From Minisyncoccota bacterium (lineage in GTDB: Bacteria; Patescibacteriota; Minisyncoccia; Phycocordibacterales; JABMNX01): a stretch of DNA of 64,000 bases. The notes below the pieces were generated by a model. That model had not been told where the DNA came from and made no database searches. It saw only the letters and a list, made by a program, of their open reading frames with translations. Shown piece after piece: positions 1 through 8,591 of this stretch. Position 1 is the stretch's first letter, and every line of letters begins with the position of its first letter. Both the position numbers and the translations under genes were made by a program. The stretch spans positions 548,637 through 612,636 of the forward strand of contig OZ244961.1 in assembly GCA_965222715.1 (NCBI GenBank), given 5' to 3'.

Positions 1-625
1 TTTCTGCTCGTGCGTCTTCATCCTCCTCGTGTTTATCATGCCCATAGGCATACGCCATACCTAATTCTTCTATTTTTCGTGCATCGAACCCCTCTTTACC
101 AATGCCCCACAAAGTTTTTGCAACATGGAGTCCAATATCTCCCTGGTAATTTGCTCGCCTTACTTCAGCACCAGAAAATTCAAGTACTCGTGTGAGCGCC
201 TCACCAATTGTGTTACTCATGAGATGTCCAATATGAAAAGGTTTGAACGGGTTTGGGTCGGTATACTCAACCATCACTCTCTGGCCTGAGAGAATGGTGT
301 TTCTACCCCACTGCTCTTTAGCTTCTAGTGCACCTGCGAGACTCTCTCTAAAAAACTCACGAGAAAGATAGAAGTTTATAAACCCAGGTCCAGCAATCTC
401 GACTCGCTCAAGCTCTTTTGGCAAATGTGAGGAAATATGTTCAGCAATATTCTGAGCAAGTTCTTGTGGTTTTTTCCCAACCTCTTTTGAAACTACAAGT
501 GCTACGTTACTTGAGAAATCTCCATGAGAAAGTTCCGTCGGATGCTCAAGTACAATATCCTTCTCCGGGATATTAAGAGAAGTGAGTGCGTCTTTTATGC
601 TTTTTCGTAAAATACTCTCTACCAT
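1..625 (-). CDS. argS: arginine--tRNA ligase, N-terminal part (gene runs off window start)
   Basis: Own translation from ATG (rc of 623-625): MVESILRKSIKDALT..., containing VEIAGPGFINFYL and the class-I HIGH motif PFHIGHLMSNTIGEA, matching the ArgS N-domain/HIGH region. Not in the ORF track because it is truncated by the window edge. Confidence 0.75.
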   Translation of the reverse strand, partial: MVESILRKSIKDALTSLNIPEKDIVLEHPTELSHGDFSSNVALVVSKEVGKKPQELAQNIAEHISSHLPKELERVEIAGPGFINFYLSREFFRESLAGALEAKEQWGRNTILSGQRVMVEYTDPNPFKPFHIGHLMSNTIGEALTRVLEFSGAEVRRANYQGDIGLHVAKTLWGIGKEGFDARKIEELGMAYAYGHDKHEEDEDARAE

Positions 626-654
626 GAATTATGTGTGTACCTCATCAGTATACC

Positions 655-1722
655 TTATCGAATCTCAGAGATAAGGTTCCCTGCGCGACCAGATACTACT
701 TCTACACCAACACGTCCAAGGAGTGCGCCACGCTCAGTTTCAACTGAACAGCGCCACTCCCCTAGGTCAACTGTCTTTGTACTATATCCACGATATCCAG
801 ATACTCGCCCACCAGTGATAGGAAACCTAAATCGCCCTCGCTCTTCCCACTCTTCAGTTACGTCACTGTATTCTTCCCACACATGAAAAATTGGAGTGCG
901 TAAATCAGTTGGTGCAAAGACCGCACTAAAACAATGTGCTGCACTCGTAGTTCCAAGAAAAATACGGGTATCTGATTTCTCCCATGGCTTATACCACACT
1001 GGTTTTTGATACGTCAGACGATACTCTTCACCAGTGCGCTCGACCCCATGGAAAATACCAATATCACGAACTGAGAGCGGCACCGGTGGAATTAAGTTTG
1101 CATAAAACAAGAAACTGAAGATGATTAATGTGCCTGCAATACTTTTCTTTAGCACACTCATGTGTTCAGCAACAACAGTTTTCCCTACCAGCTTGAGAAG
1201 CTGGATAAAGAGATAGATGACCACAAGACTACCAAATGCACTTACTAAAAATGTCCACGATTCAACTGAACGCGTAAGTACCGGAACAATTAAAATAAGG
1301 TATGCAAGTACTAACAAATAGTAAACCGTGGTATTGAAACGAATTTGTGTGTGACGTGTGTTAAAGATCTCATTACCGATCATCAACCCTATAAAAAGGA
1401 GAAGGAAAGGCCAGTTGCCCGCAAGTGTTGCGCTACCGACATATAGGACCAGTAATCCGCCAGTGAGGTTACCGAAGGCAAACTGTGTCATCAACACCAA
1501 CCACAGTAGTCGTTTCTTCCCTTTCTCTTCACGACGGGTCATCACGATAATACAGAACCCTGCTATAAAGAGGTATGAAAGAAGTACTAAGTTTCCATAA
1601 AGCTGATCAGGACGCCCAAGCGTGAGAGTATCCCATACCAAACCTGTTACCAGTGCAAACGCTGGTAAATGTTGCTTATGTTTTTTAATAAATTTGATCA
1701 CGTTAGTTTTTAGTATAAACAA
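655..1722 (-). CDS. polytopic membrane protein with C-terminal soluble domain (hypothetical)
   Basis: 355-aa ORF with multiple hydrophobic helices in the N-terminal two-thirds and a hydrophilic C-terminal ~110 aa. No recognisable catalytic motif. Confidence 0.5.
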   Translation of the reverse strand: MFILKTNVIKFIKKHKQHLPAFALVTGLVWDTLTLGRPDQLYGNLVLLSYLFIAGFCIIVMTRREEKGKKRLLWLVLMTQFAFGNLTGGLLVLYVGSATLAGNWPFLLLFIGLMIGNEIFNTRHTQIRFNTTVYYLLVLAYLILIVPVLTRSVESWTFLVSAFGSLVVIYLFIQLLKLVGKTVVAEHMSVLKKSIAGTLIIFSFLFYANLIPPVPLSVRDIGIFHGVERTGEEYRLTYQKPVWYKPWEKSDTRIFLGTTSAAHCFSAVFAPTDLRTPIFHVWEEYSDVTEEWEERGRFRFPITGGRVSGYRGYSTKTVDLGEWRCSVETERGALLGRVGVEVVSGRAGNLISEIR

Positions 1723-1812
1723 ATAACGACTTTACTACTATTTCTTGACTTAGGGTTTTTAAAAACGTACCCTTACCTCAGAATTTGAACTTCTAGCAAA
1801 TGAAAGGAGTGG

Positions 1813-2694
1813 GTGATGGAATATCTCCCTCTTACAGAACGAACTCTCGACACACAATATAAGGATCGACTTCGGTTTATCCTTAAAAACGGGGTTAGGG
1901 CAAACAAAACACCCCAGGGTTTTGCTGCCCTAACCTGTTTTGGAACTGTTCCTCCAATGATCTACGATCTCAGAAACGGCTTCCCTGTTATCACGGAACG
2001 GAAAATGGGATTTTGGCGAAAGCCAATTGCCGAGATCATTGCCTTCATGAATGGCGCCCGAACCGTTGATGAAATCGCTGAATACGGCTGTGATTTCTGG
2101 GAAGAATACCGAGGTAGAGGTGTTGAGCTCGGACTTGAGCCCAATGATCTTGGCCCCGGTTCTTACGGCCCTGCATTTCATGATTTCGAGGTACCCGAAG
2201 GCGGAACCTTGAATCAGTTTGAGCAGGTCGTTGATCAGATCCGTAACTACCCGGAGATGCGAACACACCTCGTCACTCCATGGAAGCCGTACTACACGGC
2301 ACGAGGAGAAAGACGCAAAGTTCAAGTCGCTCCATGTCACGGATGGCTGCATTTCCGGTTCGTTGATGGAAAACTTCACATGAAGATGAATCAGCGCTCT
2401 GGCGACTTCCCAATTGGGGTTCCTTCAAACACCGTTCAGTACGCTGCACTTCTCTTGATGGTTTGCCAGGTGACCAATCTTGAACCAGGTCTCTTCATCC
2501 ACAATGTGGATGATGCGCACATCTATGAGAACCAGATTCCTGCTGTCAGAAAGCTACTCAGAAGGAAGAGCCGTCCGTATCCAAGCCTCGCGATGAACAG
2601 AGGAGTCAACAATCTTTTCAAGTTTAAGGTTGAAGACTTCCACCTGAGAGAATACACTTCAGGTGCAGGATTAAAGATCCCCTTTGCCGCCTAA
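1813..2694 (+). CDS. thyA: thymidylate synthase family protein (ThyA-like, divergent)
   Basis: PCHGWLHFRFVDGKLHMKMNQRSGDFPIGVPSNTVQYAALL matches the ThyA catalytic-Cys block PCHxxFQFYVxDGKLSCQLYQRSxDxxLGxPFNIASYALL, and FPVITERK matches FPLxTTKK. AAGGAG SD at 1804-1809, with ATG at 1816 in frame (GTG at 1813). DHFR and dCMP deaminase lie in the same cluster. Confidence 0.65.
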   Translation: MMEYLPLTERTLDTQYKDRLRFILKNGVRANKTPQGFAALTCFGTVPPMIYDLRNGFPVITERKMGFWRKPIAEIIAFMNGARTVDEIAEYGCDFWEEYRGRGVELGLEPNDLGPGSYGPAFHDFEVPEGGTLNQFEQVVDQIRNYPEMRTHLVTPWKPYYTARGERRKVQVAPCHGWLHFRFVDGKLHMKMNQRSGDFPIGVPSNTVQYAALLLMVCQVTNLEPGLFIHNVDDAHIYENQIPAVRKLLRRKSRPYPSLAMNRGVNNLFKFKVEDFHLREYTSGAGLKIPFAA

Positions 2695-2700
2695 AAACCT

Positions 2701-2735
2701 CGCCCCAGCGTCTTTCGCTGGGGCGGTTTTATCTT
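2701..2735 (+). terminator. rho-independent terminator after thyA
   Basis: cgccccagcg-tctttc-gctggggcg stem-loop followed by gttttatctttc. Confidence 0.6.
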
Positions 2736-2764
2736 TCAAGCAAATACGCTATTGTGATAATGCT

Positions 2765-3226
2765 ATGAATAATAAACCGACCGTTGATTTGCATAATGCA
2801 GAAATTGTTAAAAGAGGTAACTATGGGGACGTCATAAAACAAATTATTGCCGATGGCGGATGTCCTTTTTGTGAAGGAAACCTAAAGAAATACCACCCAA
2901 AAGATATTTTAATCACCGGAGAACACTGGTTGGTTACTGAGAATGCGTGGCCATATAAAGGAGTAAAATCTCACTTCCTTTTTATTAGTAGAGCTCATGT
3001 TGAAAAAATAGAAGATGTGAACTCAGATTCGTGGCAAGAATTTCATATACTTTGGTCAAGAATAATAAAAAAATACAAAATAACTGGTGCTTCTCTCTTA
3101 ATGCGCTCTGGAAATACTGATCAAACTGGTGCCTCGGTGAATCACCTACACGCACAAGTTGTTGTAGGAGAAGAAAGAAAAAAAGATTCCGAGACTATAA
3201 CTGCTATCGTTGGTTTTAAAAAATAA
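2765..3226 (+). CDS. HIT-superfamily protein with GalT-type HxHxQ motif (nucleotide transferase/hydrolase)
   Basis: N-terminal GCPFCEG (C-x-F-C as in HIT proteins), hydrophobic core, and NHLHAQVVVG (H-x-H-x-Q). Start moved to the internal ATG at 2765, downstream of the thyA terminator; the track ORF at 2684 overlaps thyA. Confidence 0.55.
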   Translation: MNNKPTVDLHNAEIVKRGNYGDVIKQIIADGGCPFCEGNLKKYHPKDILITGEHWLVTENAWPYKGVKSHFLFISRAHVEKIEDVNSDSWQEFHILWSRIIKKYKITGASLLMRSGNTDQTGASVNHLHAQVVVGEERKKDSETITAIVGFKK

Positions 3227-3241
3227 CCCCCCGTCCCAAAA

Positions 3242-4099
3242 CTAGGACGAGGGGATTTCCATTTCAACACGGATAATTTCGACACCCTTCTCTTTGAGGG
3301 TTTCTGCCCCCTCAACGAGTGAGTAACCCTCTACAAAGAAAAGTCGCCGAAGCCCGAGATGTCCACACATATTTGCACACGGCGGACATGGAAAAGTTGT
3401 GACGTACAGATCGCATCCTTTTGTGGACAGACCGTTTCGAGCGGCAGTGGCAGCAATGCCTATTTCCGCATGAAGAGCAGTCGAGAGTTCGATACACTGA
3501 CCAGGCTCGAAGTTGCTTCTCGGATCGCCATTAAGGTAGGGCGACTGCTCAGATGGTTGGTGTTTGTTAAATGCCACAAGAAGCACTTCCCCTTCTTTTG
3601 CCAACAAGGCACCAACCTGACGCCACCAGTCAGAACTTCGAGAAGATGCCTCATAGGCTTTCCCCATCAACATTCTGTCGATGTCTGAACATGAAACCAG
3701 GCCATCTTCTTTGGGTCTTTTGCTGTTAAGCGTACTGGCTTTGTCCCACCGTAACTTCCAGGACCCGTCAAAAAGAACACTGTTCGCAGAGAAGTAACGT
3801 TCTGCAATTGCTTGCGAAACATCTTCATCCGGCATAACGATCGAGAGCCCTTCCAGTTCGCCAATATTCTCGCGACTAAGGATGCGAACGTCGGAGAATA
3901 TATTGAGTGCCGTGATCATCTTCTGAAGATCTTGGGGGGTATTTCCAGGAAGGTTTCGAATCAGCGATGGGAATTCCTGAATGATATCCTCTCCAAAGAT
4001 GTAGAGTAACCCTCCAGCATACTTTGAAAAGAATTTCACATACCCCTGATGGGGTGTTGAGACGTACCCAACAACAACGTGTTCATCAGCTCCCATCAC
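3242..4099 (-). CDS. dCMP/cytidine deaminase-family protein with ~120-aa N-terminal extension
   Basis: Zinc-binding deaminase signature HAEIGIAATAAR ... TTFPCPPCANMC (H-A-E ... P-C-x-x-C) in the C-terminal half. The N-terminal half is unrecognised. Confidence 0.6.
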   Translation of the reverse strand: MMGADEHVVVGYVSTPHQGYVKFFSKYAGGLLYIFGEDIIQEFPSLIRNLPGNTPQDLQKMITALNIFSDVRILSRENIGELEGLSIVMPDEDVSQAIAERYFSANSVLFDGSWKLRWDKASTLNSKRPKEDGLVSCSDIDRMLMGKAYEASSRSSDWWRQVGALLAKEGEVLLVAFNKHQPSEQSPYLNGDPRSNFEPGQCIELSTALHAEIGIAATAARNGLSTKGCDLYVTTFPCPPCANMCGHLGLRRLFFVEGYSLVEGAETLKEKGVEIIRVEMEIPSS

Positions 4100-4769
4100 G
4101 AGTCTCCTCGATTACTTTTTGAATGGCGTCAGAGACACCTTCAAGAGTTTCAAGCGCTTTCGAGACTTCAGGCGAAATTTTCTCGAGAACGTCCAGTCCG
4201 CCCTGCATAGTGAGTGTACGAACTCGAGCTGTTGTACTTGTCTCCGCCTGAGGAGGAAGGTTGACGATATGCTCACAAAAGCGTTTCATCTTGCTCGAAT
4301 CCGGCAGGTCTGAAGTAGACTCTGAGATGATTCGTACCTCATGAGGAATGAGGCAAAACAGTTGATCTGACTCATACTGAGGTACGATCACATCAACCGC
4401 TCGAAGGTGTCCGAGAACTCGAGCTCGTTCATCTTCCGGAACGACAGGACGACCATCACCTTTCCGCCGCCTGGTTAATTCGTCTGAATCGAACCCAACA
4501 ACGCAAATGACATGTTCGGCATCTGGGTAGAGTTCAGCTGTTTTGTTTTTCCCCAGCTGGATGTATTCAGCGTGACCGATGTGGAATAAATCCCAAACAC
4601 CAGTCACAAATGCGATGATACATCCGCTTGAGCGGAGATGATTGATAAGCAAGACAGCTTCTTCGTGATCGGGGAAATACCGATCTTCAAAAGTTGCTGT
4701 TCCTTTCATAATCCGCAAAGCTCGTGACTGTAGTCGATCAAGTTGCGGGGGTTGGTATCCTTCTTCCAT
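4086..4769 (-). CDS. cytidylyltransferase-like nucleotidyltransferase (RfaE domain-II-like)
   Basis: FVTGVWDLFHIGHAEY (GxFDxxHxGH) and KGDGRPVVPEDERARVLGHLRAVDVIV, closely resembling the heptose-1-P adenylyltransferase block [27 protein letters not shown]. 14-nt overlap with the upstream deaminase gene. Confidence 0.55.
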   Translation of the reverse strand: MEEGYQPPQLDRLQSRALRIMKGTATFEDRYFPDHEEAVLLINHLRSSGCIIAFVTGVWDLFHIGHAEYIQLGKNKTAELYPDAEHVICVVGFDSDELTRRRKGDGRPVVPEDERARVLGHLRAVDVIVPQYESDQLFCLIPHEVRIISESTSDLPDSSKMKRFCEHIVNLPPQAETSTTARVRTLTMQGGLDVLEKISPEVSKALETLEGVSDAIQKVIEETRDGS

Positions 4770-4901
4770 GACATAACTCCTTTCTCATGGATCTGTTTAT
4801 CTGATGGAACGATACCATAAAATAAAAAAGTGTAGTATTGACATACAGAGTTCTTGAGGTACGCTTCACTGGGAACAGAGAAACAGTATAAGGAGAGCGC
4901 C

Positions 4902-5456
4902 ATGCTCACCGTTTCTATCGTTGTAGCAATGACCCCGGATGGAGTTATCGGGGTCAATAATGAACTTCCTTGGCACCTTCCGGGCGATCTTTGGCGGTTT
5001 CGTGAAATTACTAAAGGAAAAGCGGTACTTATGGGTTGGAAAACTTTCCGCTCAATCCTTGACCAACGTGGTGAACCGTTGAAGAACGGTCGCACAAATC
5101 TTGTCCTCACCCAAGGTCACGCAAGCGAAGTCGACCAAGTGGGTGGATTGCCGATTGGTAATGTCCACGGATTACAAGAACACCTCAAACATAACCAGTA
5201 TATTGGTGGACTGTGTGTCATTGGTGGTGCAAACGTGTACCACCAAATGCTTCCGTATACTCATCACATCTACCGAACAGTTGTTAGCGCTAACCTCCAG
5301 GGGGATACATTATTCCCTGAAACAGATTGGGAAAATGACTGGCGCATAATTCACAAGTCACGAATGTGTATTCAGAACGTGCGCGACGAGTACCCGACTC
5401 AATTCCTCACATACGAACGTCTTCGAATACATGACACAAAACCCCTACTCGACTAG
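4902..5456 (+). CDS. folA: dihydrofolate reductase
   Basis: MLTVSIVVAMTPDGVIGVNNELPWHLPGDLWRFREIT, VIGGANVY and GDTLFP motifs. AAGGAGAG SD 6 nt upstream of the ATG at 4902; the track ORF starts 48 nt earlier. Confidence 0.8.
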   Translation: MLTVSIVVAMTPDGVIGVNNELPWHLPGDLWRFREITKGKAVLMGWKTFRSILDQRGEPLKNGRTNLVLTQGHASEVDQVGGLPIGNVHGLQEHLKHNQYIGGLCVIGGANVYHQMLPYTHHIYRTVVSANLQGDTLFPETDWENDWRIIHKSRMCIQNVRDEYPTQFLTYERLRIHDTKPLLD

Positions 5457-5472
5457 TGGAGTAGGGGTTTTT
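5441..5472. terminator. bidirectional terminator between folA and rplK
   Basis: cccctactc-gactagtg-gagtagggg flanked by aaaa and ttttt. Overlaps the folA stop codon. Confidence 0.55.
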
Positions 5473-5593
5473 ACTTTGTTAATAAAAAATAAACAGTATT
5501 ACTTCACGTCAATTCCTTACAGGAACAGTACACCTTGTCGATATTTCTTTTCAAGTATTCAAGAAATATCAGGCAAGGTCGATCGACGTTACA

Positions 5594-6019
5594 CTACTTC
5601 ACGTCGATCCCCATTGAGCGAGCGGTGCCTTCGATAATTTTTGCAGCCTGTTCAACGTCATCAGTGTTAAGGTCTTTCATTTTCTCTTCAGCAACTTCAC
5701 GCACTTGTGCTTTGGTAAGCGTACCAGCTTTGCTCACAATATTTTTTCCTGAACCCTTATCTTTTCCTAACTTCTTAAGAAGGAGCCGAGATGCTGGTGG
5801 AGTCTTTAAAATAAAATCAAAGGTGCGATCTTCATAGACAGTCATTTCAACAGGAATAATGTCATTCCCCATCTCGCGGGTCTGCTCATTAAACTGATTT
5901 ACGAATTCACCAATGTTAATACCTACTGGACCAAGCGCAGTACCAACAGGAGGCGCGGGTGATGCTTTCCCTGCTACAATCTGAAGCTTTAATTTTCGCA
6001 TTACTTTCTTTGCTGCCAT
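5594..6019 (-). CDS. rplK: 50S ribosomal protein L11
   Basis: MAAKKVMRKLKLQIVAGKASPAPPVGTALGPVGINIGEFVNQFN matches the L11 N-terminus. Confidence 0.9.
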   Translation of the reverse strand: MAAKKVMRKLKLQIVAGKASPAPPVGTALGPVGINIGEFVNQFNEQTREMGNDIIPVEMTVYEDRTFDFILKTPPASRLLLKKLGKDKGSGKNIVSKAGTLTKAQVREVAEEKMKDLNTDDVEQAAKIIEGTARSMGIDVK

Positions 6020-6038
6020 ATTAGTTGGTTTATTCTAC

Positions 6039-6584
6039 TTATATTTTCTTAACCTGCAAGAAGTCGAGCTCAACTGGTGTCTCGCGACCAAACATTGGTA
6101 CGAGCACCTTCACCTTGCCGCGATCTTCATCAACCTCCCCAATCTTCCCTTCAAGCTCCTTAAATGGCCCATCAACAATGGTAACCACATCATCAATACC
6201 GAGGTCGATTTTGTGCTTCACGGTATCTGAGTGCATTCGTGAGAAGAGTTCATCAATTTCTTTCTTAGTAAGTGGTACTGGCTTTGTGCCTGAGCCAACG
6301 AACCCAGTTACTCGTGGTGTGTTTCGAACCACATACCATGAGTCATCGGTCACCACCATATCAACGAGTACATACCCAGGGTAAATCTTTTCCTCTTCTT
6401 CAACACGCTTCCCTGCTTTAATCTTCACTTTCTTCTCAGTTGGAACGACCACATCAAAAATACGATCTTCCATGCCAAGCGACTCAATACGTTGTTTTAG
6501 GTTACGGGCAACTGCATTCTCATATCCTGCGTAGGTATGAATCGCGTACCAGTGACGCTGTGCGTTTCCTTCTTGCTTACTCAT
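6039..6584 (-). CDS. nusG: transcription termination/antitermination factor NusG
   Basis: WYAIHTYAGYENAV N-terminus (NGN domain) and C-terminal KOW-like GPFKELEGKIGEV. secE-nusG-rplK gene order. Confidence 0.85.
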   Translation of the reverse strand: MSKQEGNAQRHWYAIHTYAGYENAVARNLKQRIESLGMEDRIFDVVVPTEKKVKIKAGKRVEEEEKIYPGYVLVDMVVTDDSWYVVRNTPRVTGFVGSGTKPVPLTKKEIDELFSRMHSDTVKHKIDLGIDDVVTIVDGPFKELEGKIGEVDEDRGKVKVLVPMFGRETPVELDFLQVKKI

Positions 6585-6588
6585 AGGC

Positions 6589-6771
6589 TTAAATGAAAAA
6601 TCTATTTAGTATGCTGGTAAAAATAAAATCAAACAGTCCAAGTAGTCCTGCAATAACAAGTGAGATGACAATCACTAAAATTGTGAAAATAGTTGCTTGT
6701 TTAGTAGTCGGCCATGAGACGTGCTTGAACTCGCCACGGGTGTCTCGTAAGTATTGGATAAATCGTTTCAT
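6589..6771 (-). CDS. secE: preprotein translocase subunit SecE
   Basis: 60-aa single-TM protein immediately upstream of nusG. KHVSWPTTKQATIFTILVIVISL matches the SecE pattern. Confidence 0.8.
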   Translation of the reverse strand: MKRFIQYLRDTRGEFKHVSWPTTKQATIFTILVIVISLVIAGLLGLFDFIFTSILNRFFI

Positions 6772-6824
6772 ACCTTTTAAATAATGCTTCCCTAATTAAC
6801 CGTAAAATCGCCCTATTTAAAAAC

Positions 6825-6838
6825 CCCCGACGGGGGTC
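6825..6838 (-). terminator. second hairpin downstream of gene 6953-7496
   Basis: cccccg-acg-ggggg with an A-run on the plus strand (a U-run on the minus transcript). Confidence 0.4.
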
Positions 6839-6899
6839 TCTGGTATAGGAATGATAGCACAGCTACACAGAAAGTCAAAGTCACATTATAGAGAAAAGA

Positions 6900-6932
6900 T
6901 GAAGGGCGCCAGCGGTAGTCTGCTGGCGCCCT
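6900..6932 (-). terminator. rho-independent terminator of gene 6953-7496
   Basis: Perfect 11-bp GC stem agggcgccagc-ggtagtct-gctggcgccct; a U-rich tract follows on the minus-strand transcript. Confidence 0.55.
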
Positions 6933-6952
6933 TGTTTCGAGTACGTCGATGT

Positions 6953-7496
6953 TTACCGACGAATCCCGAACTGCGGTGCACGGATTTTGCCAACCGGCAG
7001 AAAACTGTCCGGGATCGGCGGCACATTCCCTGTCGCGACCGTGGTCGGAACCTTCCTCTTGGCCTTTGGCTGTTGGGAGCGATCGTCACCGTTTTTCTTC
7101 GACGACCTCTGACGGTTCGTCGTGTGCGTCGGTGCTTGGGAGAGCGGGCGACCAGTCTTGTTCTGACACCGCTTCCCTTTCACGGGTTCGCTTGTGCAGC
7201 GACCTTTCACCGAAACGGTCGGGGGATTGCCGCCCGTGTTCTTGTAGCGGAAAAGTGCGTTTCTTTCCTCGTCGGTTAACTCCGTATCACGAAGCTTGAT
7301 CAGCGACTCAGGGGTGAGACCGCAGATCTTGAAGAGAAAGATGAACGCTGCTTTCCGCTGGCGCACCCCCTTCGGGAGCTTCAGCTTATGCCGCGCGGCA
7401 AACGCGCGGCAGTCGGCGATTTTCGCATCCTTGAGCGGTGTTTGCCAGAAATTCTCGTCCGAAACGAGAGCTTGAAGTGCTTCGAATCCGGGCATT
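6953..7496 (-). CDS. hypothetical protein, GC-rich orphan with highly basic C-terminal tail
   Basis: ORF in a markedly GC-rich segment, which is why several overlapping ORFs are called on both strands here. Start assigned to the ATG at 7496, preceded by GAGGAGGG SD. The C-terminal 90 aa are R/K-rich (GRCTSEPVKGKRCQNKTGRPLS...KAKRK), suggesting nucleic-acid binding. Confidence 0.45.
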
Positions 7497-7622
7497 GAAC
7501 CCTCCTCATATATCTGTTTCAAGAGTCAGCCCATATAATACGGACCGGCTTTCTAATTAATATTTTAACATATTTTATACTATTGTCAAGTTATCTACTA
7601 TCCCCTAGTAAAGGTGTTAAGC

Positions 7623-7662
7623 AACACAAAACGCCACAGGTACCTGTAGCGTTTTGTGTTGT
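7623..7662. repeat. 40-nt near-perfect palindrome (hairpin, probable terminator for the SIMPL gene)
   Basis: caacacaaaacgcCacaggtacctgtAgcgttttgtgttg with one mismatch and the central self-complementary acaggtacctgt. Confidence 0.5.
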
Positions 7663-7681
7663 ATTGATTTTACAAGATTCC

Positions 7682-8491
7682 CTAGCGAATTTCGTAGACA
7701 ATGTTTACCTGTGAGGTAATACGATTTTCACCAACAGGAAGGTCTGGAGTAATTTTTACATCACCTGCTCCACCAAAACCAAATTCTGCTGTCTCATATC
7801 GAGGGTATGAAGTCGGTGAACCATATTCATTGAAATTCACCACACGCACCAATCGCACACCAAGGTCAGAAGCAAGCGCTTCCGCTTTTTCTTTTGCATC
7901 AGCAAGTGCTTCTCGGCGAGCTTCACGCACAAGATCATCTTCATCATCAATCGTAAATCGTAGACTGCTGATATTTTCAACACCAAATGAACCAACTCCA
8001 GAGAGAAGTTCTCCTGCTTGCTCAGTGTCACGTACCTTTACCTGAAAGGTTTGATTTAACTCAAAACCAACAAGTTGTCGCTCACCTTGGGGACACGGGA
8101 AGGTAATACAACGAATCTCTGTGTATTCATATCGCGGATAGAGATTGTAGCTAGTTGTTTTAATATCTTTTTCTTCAACACCATTTTCTTTAAGGTATTG
8201 AAGTGCTTCATTTGCGACCTCTGCTGCGTTAGCCTGCACTAATTCTGCAGTTTCTCCCTCTTCAATTACTGAAAATGAGAAGAGTGCTGTATCAGGAACC
8301 GCAAAGACTTCACCTTCTCCTTGCACAGAGATAGTGTTTGTGGGTGCAATACCACTACCGATGTACCGCCACTCGCGTACTTCGGTCACAATGAGTGTAA
8401 TGAGAAAAATTGAAAGAAGACCAAGGACTCCTTTAACCGCGCCGCTTGATTTCCAATCTGATCCATGATGATGGTGTGCTGATTGATCCAT
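7682..8491 (-). CDS. SIMPL/DUF541-family periplasmic protein
   Basis: N-terminal TM, then ISVQGEGEVFAVPDTALFSFSV...AELVQANAAEVANEALQYLKENGV...DIKTTSYNLYPRY, the pattern of the 26-kDa periplasmic immunogenic/SIMPL domain. Confidence 0.6.
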   Translation of the reverse strand: MDQSAHHHHGSDWKSSGAVKGVLGLLSIFLITLIVTEVREWRYIGSGIAPTNTISVQGEGEVFAVPDTALFSFSVIEEGETAELVQANAAEVANEALQYLKENGVEEKDIKTTSYNLYPRYEYTEIRCITFPCPQGERQLVGFELNQTFQVKVRDTEQAGELLSGVGSFGVENISSLRFTIDDEDDLVREARREALADAKEKAEALASDLGVRLVRVVNFNEYGSPTSYPRYETAEFGFGGAGDVKITPDLPVGENRITSQVNIVYEIR

Positions 8492-8591
8492 ATCTACTAT
8501 AGTTAGTACTTTTAATAACGTGTGATTATTGTACAGGGAGTGTTTTAAAAAGTCACGAATCAGTTTCCCCTACTCACTGTTTTGATATATA

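Noticed and set aside
2684-2764. Upstream start of the HIT-family ORF overlapping thyA
   Set aside because: It would run through the thyA terminator hairpin. The internal ATG at 2765 lies just downstream of it.
6851-7299. Several overlapping ORFs on both strands (6851-7279+, 6949-7299+, 6886-7089-)
   Set aside because: Typical spurious ORFs in high-GC DNA; only the frame with a strong SD and terminator (6953-7496 -) was kept. The same reasoning applies to the internal and antisense ORFs listed within 13.7-19.9 kb, 1930-2379 and 3312-3864.
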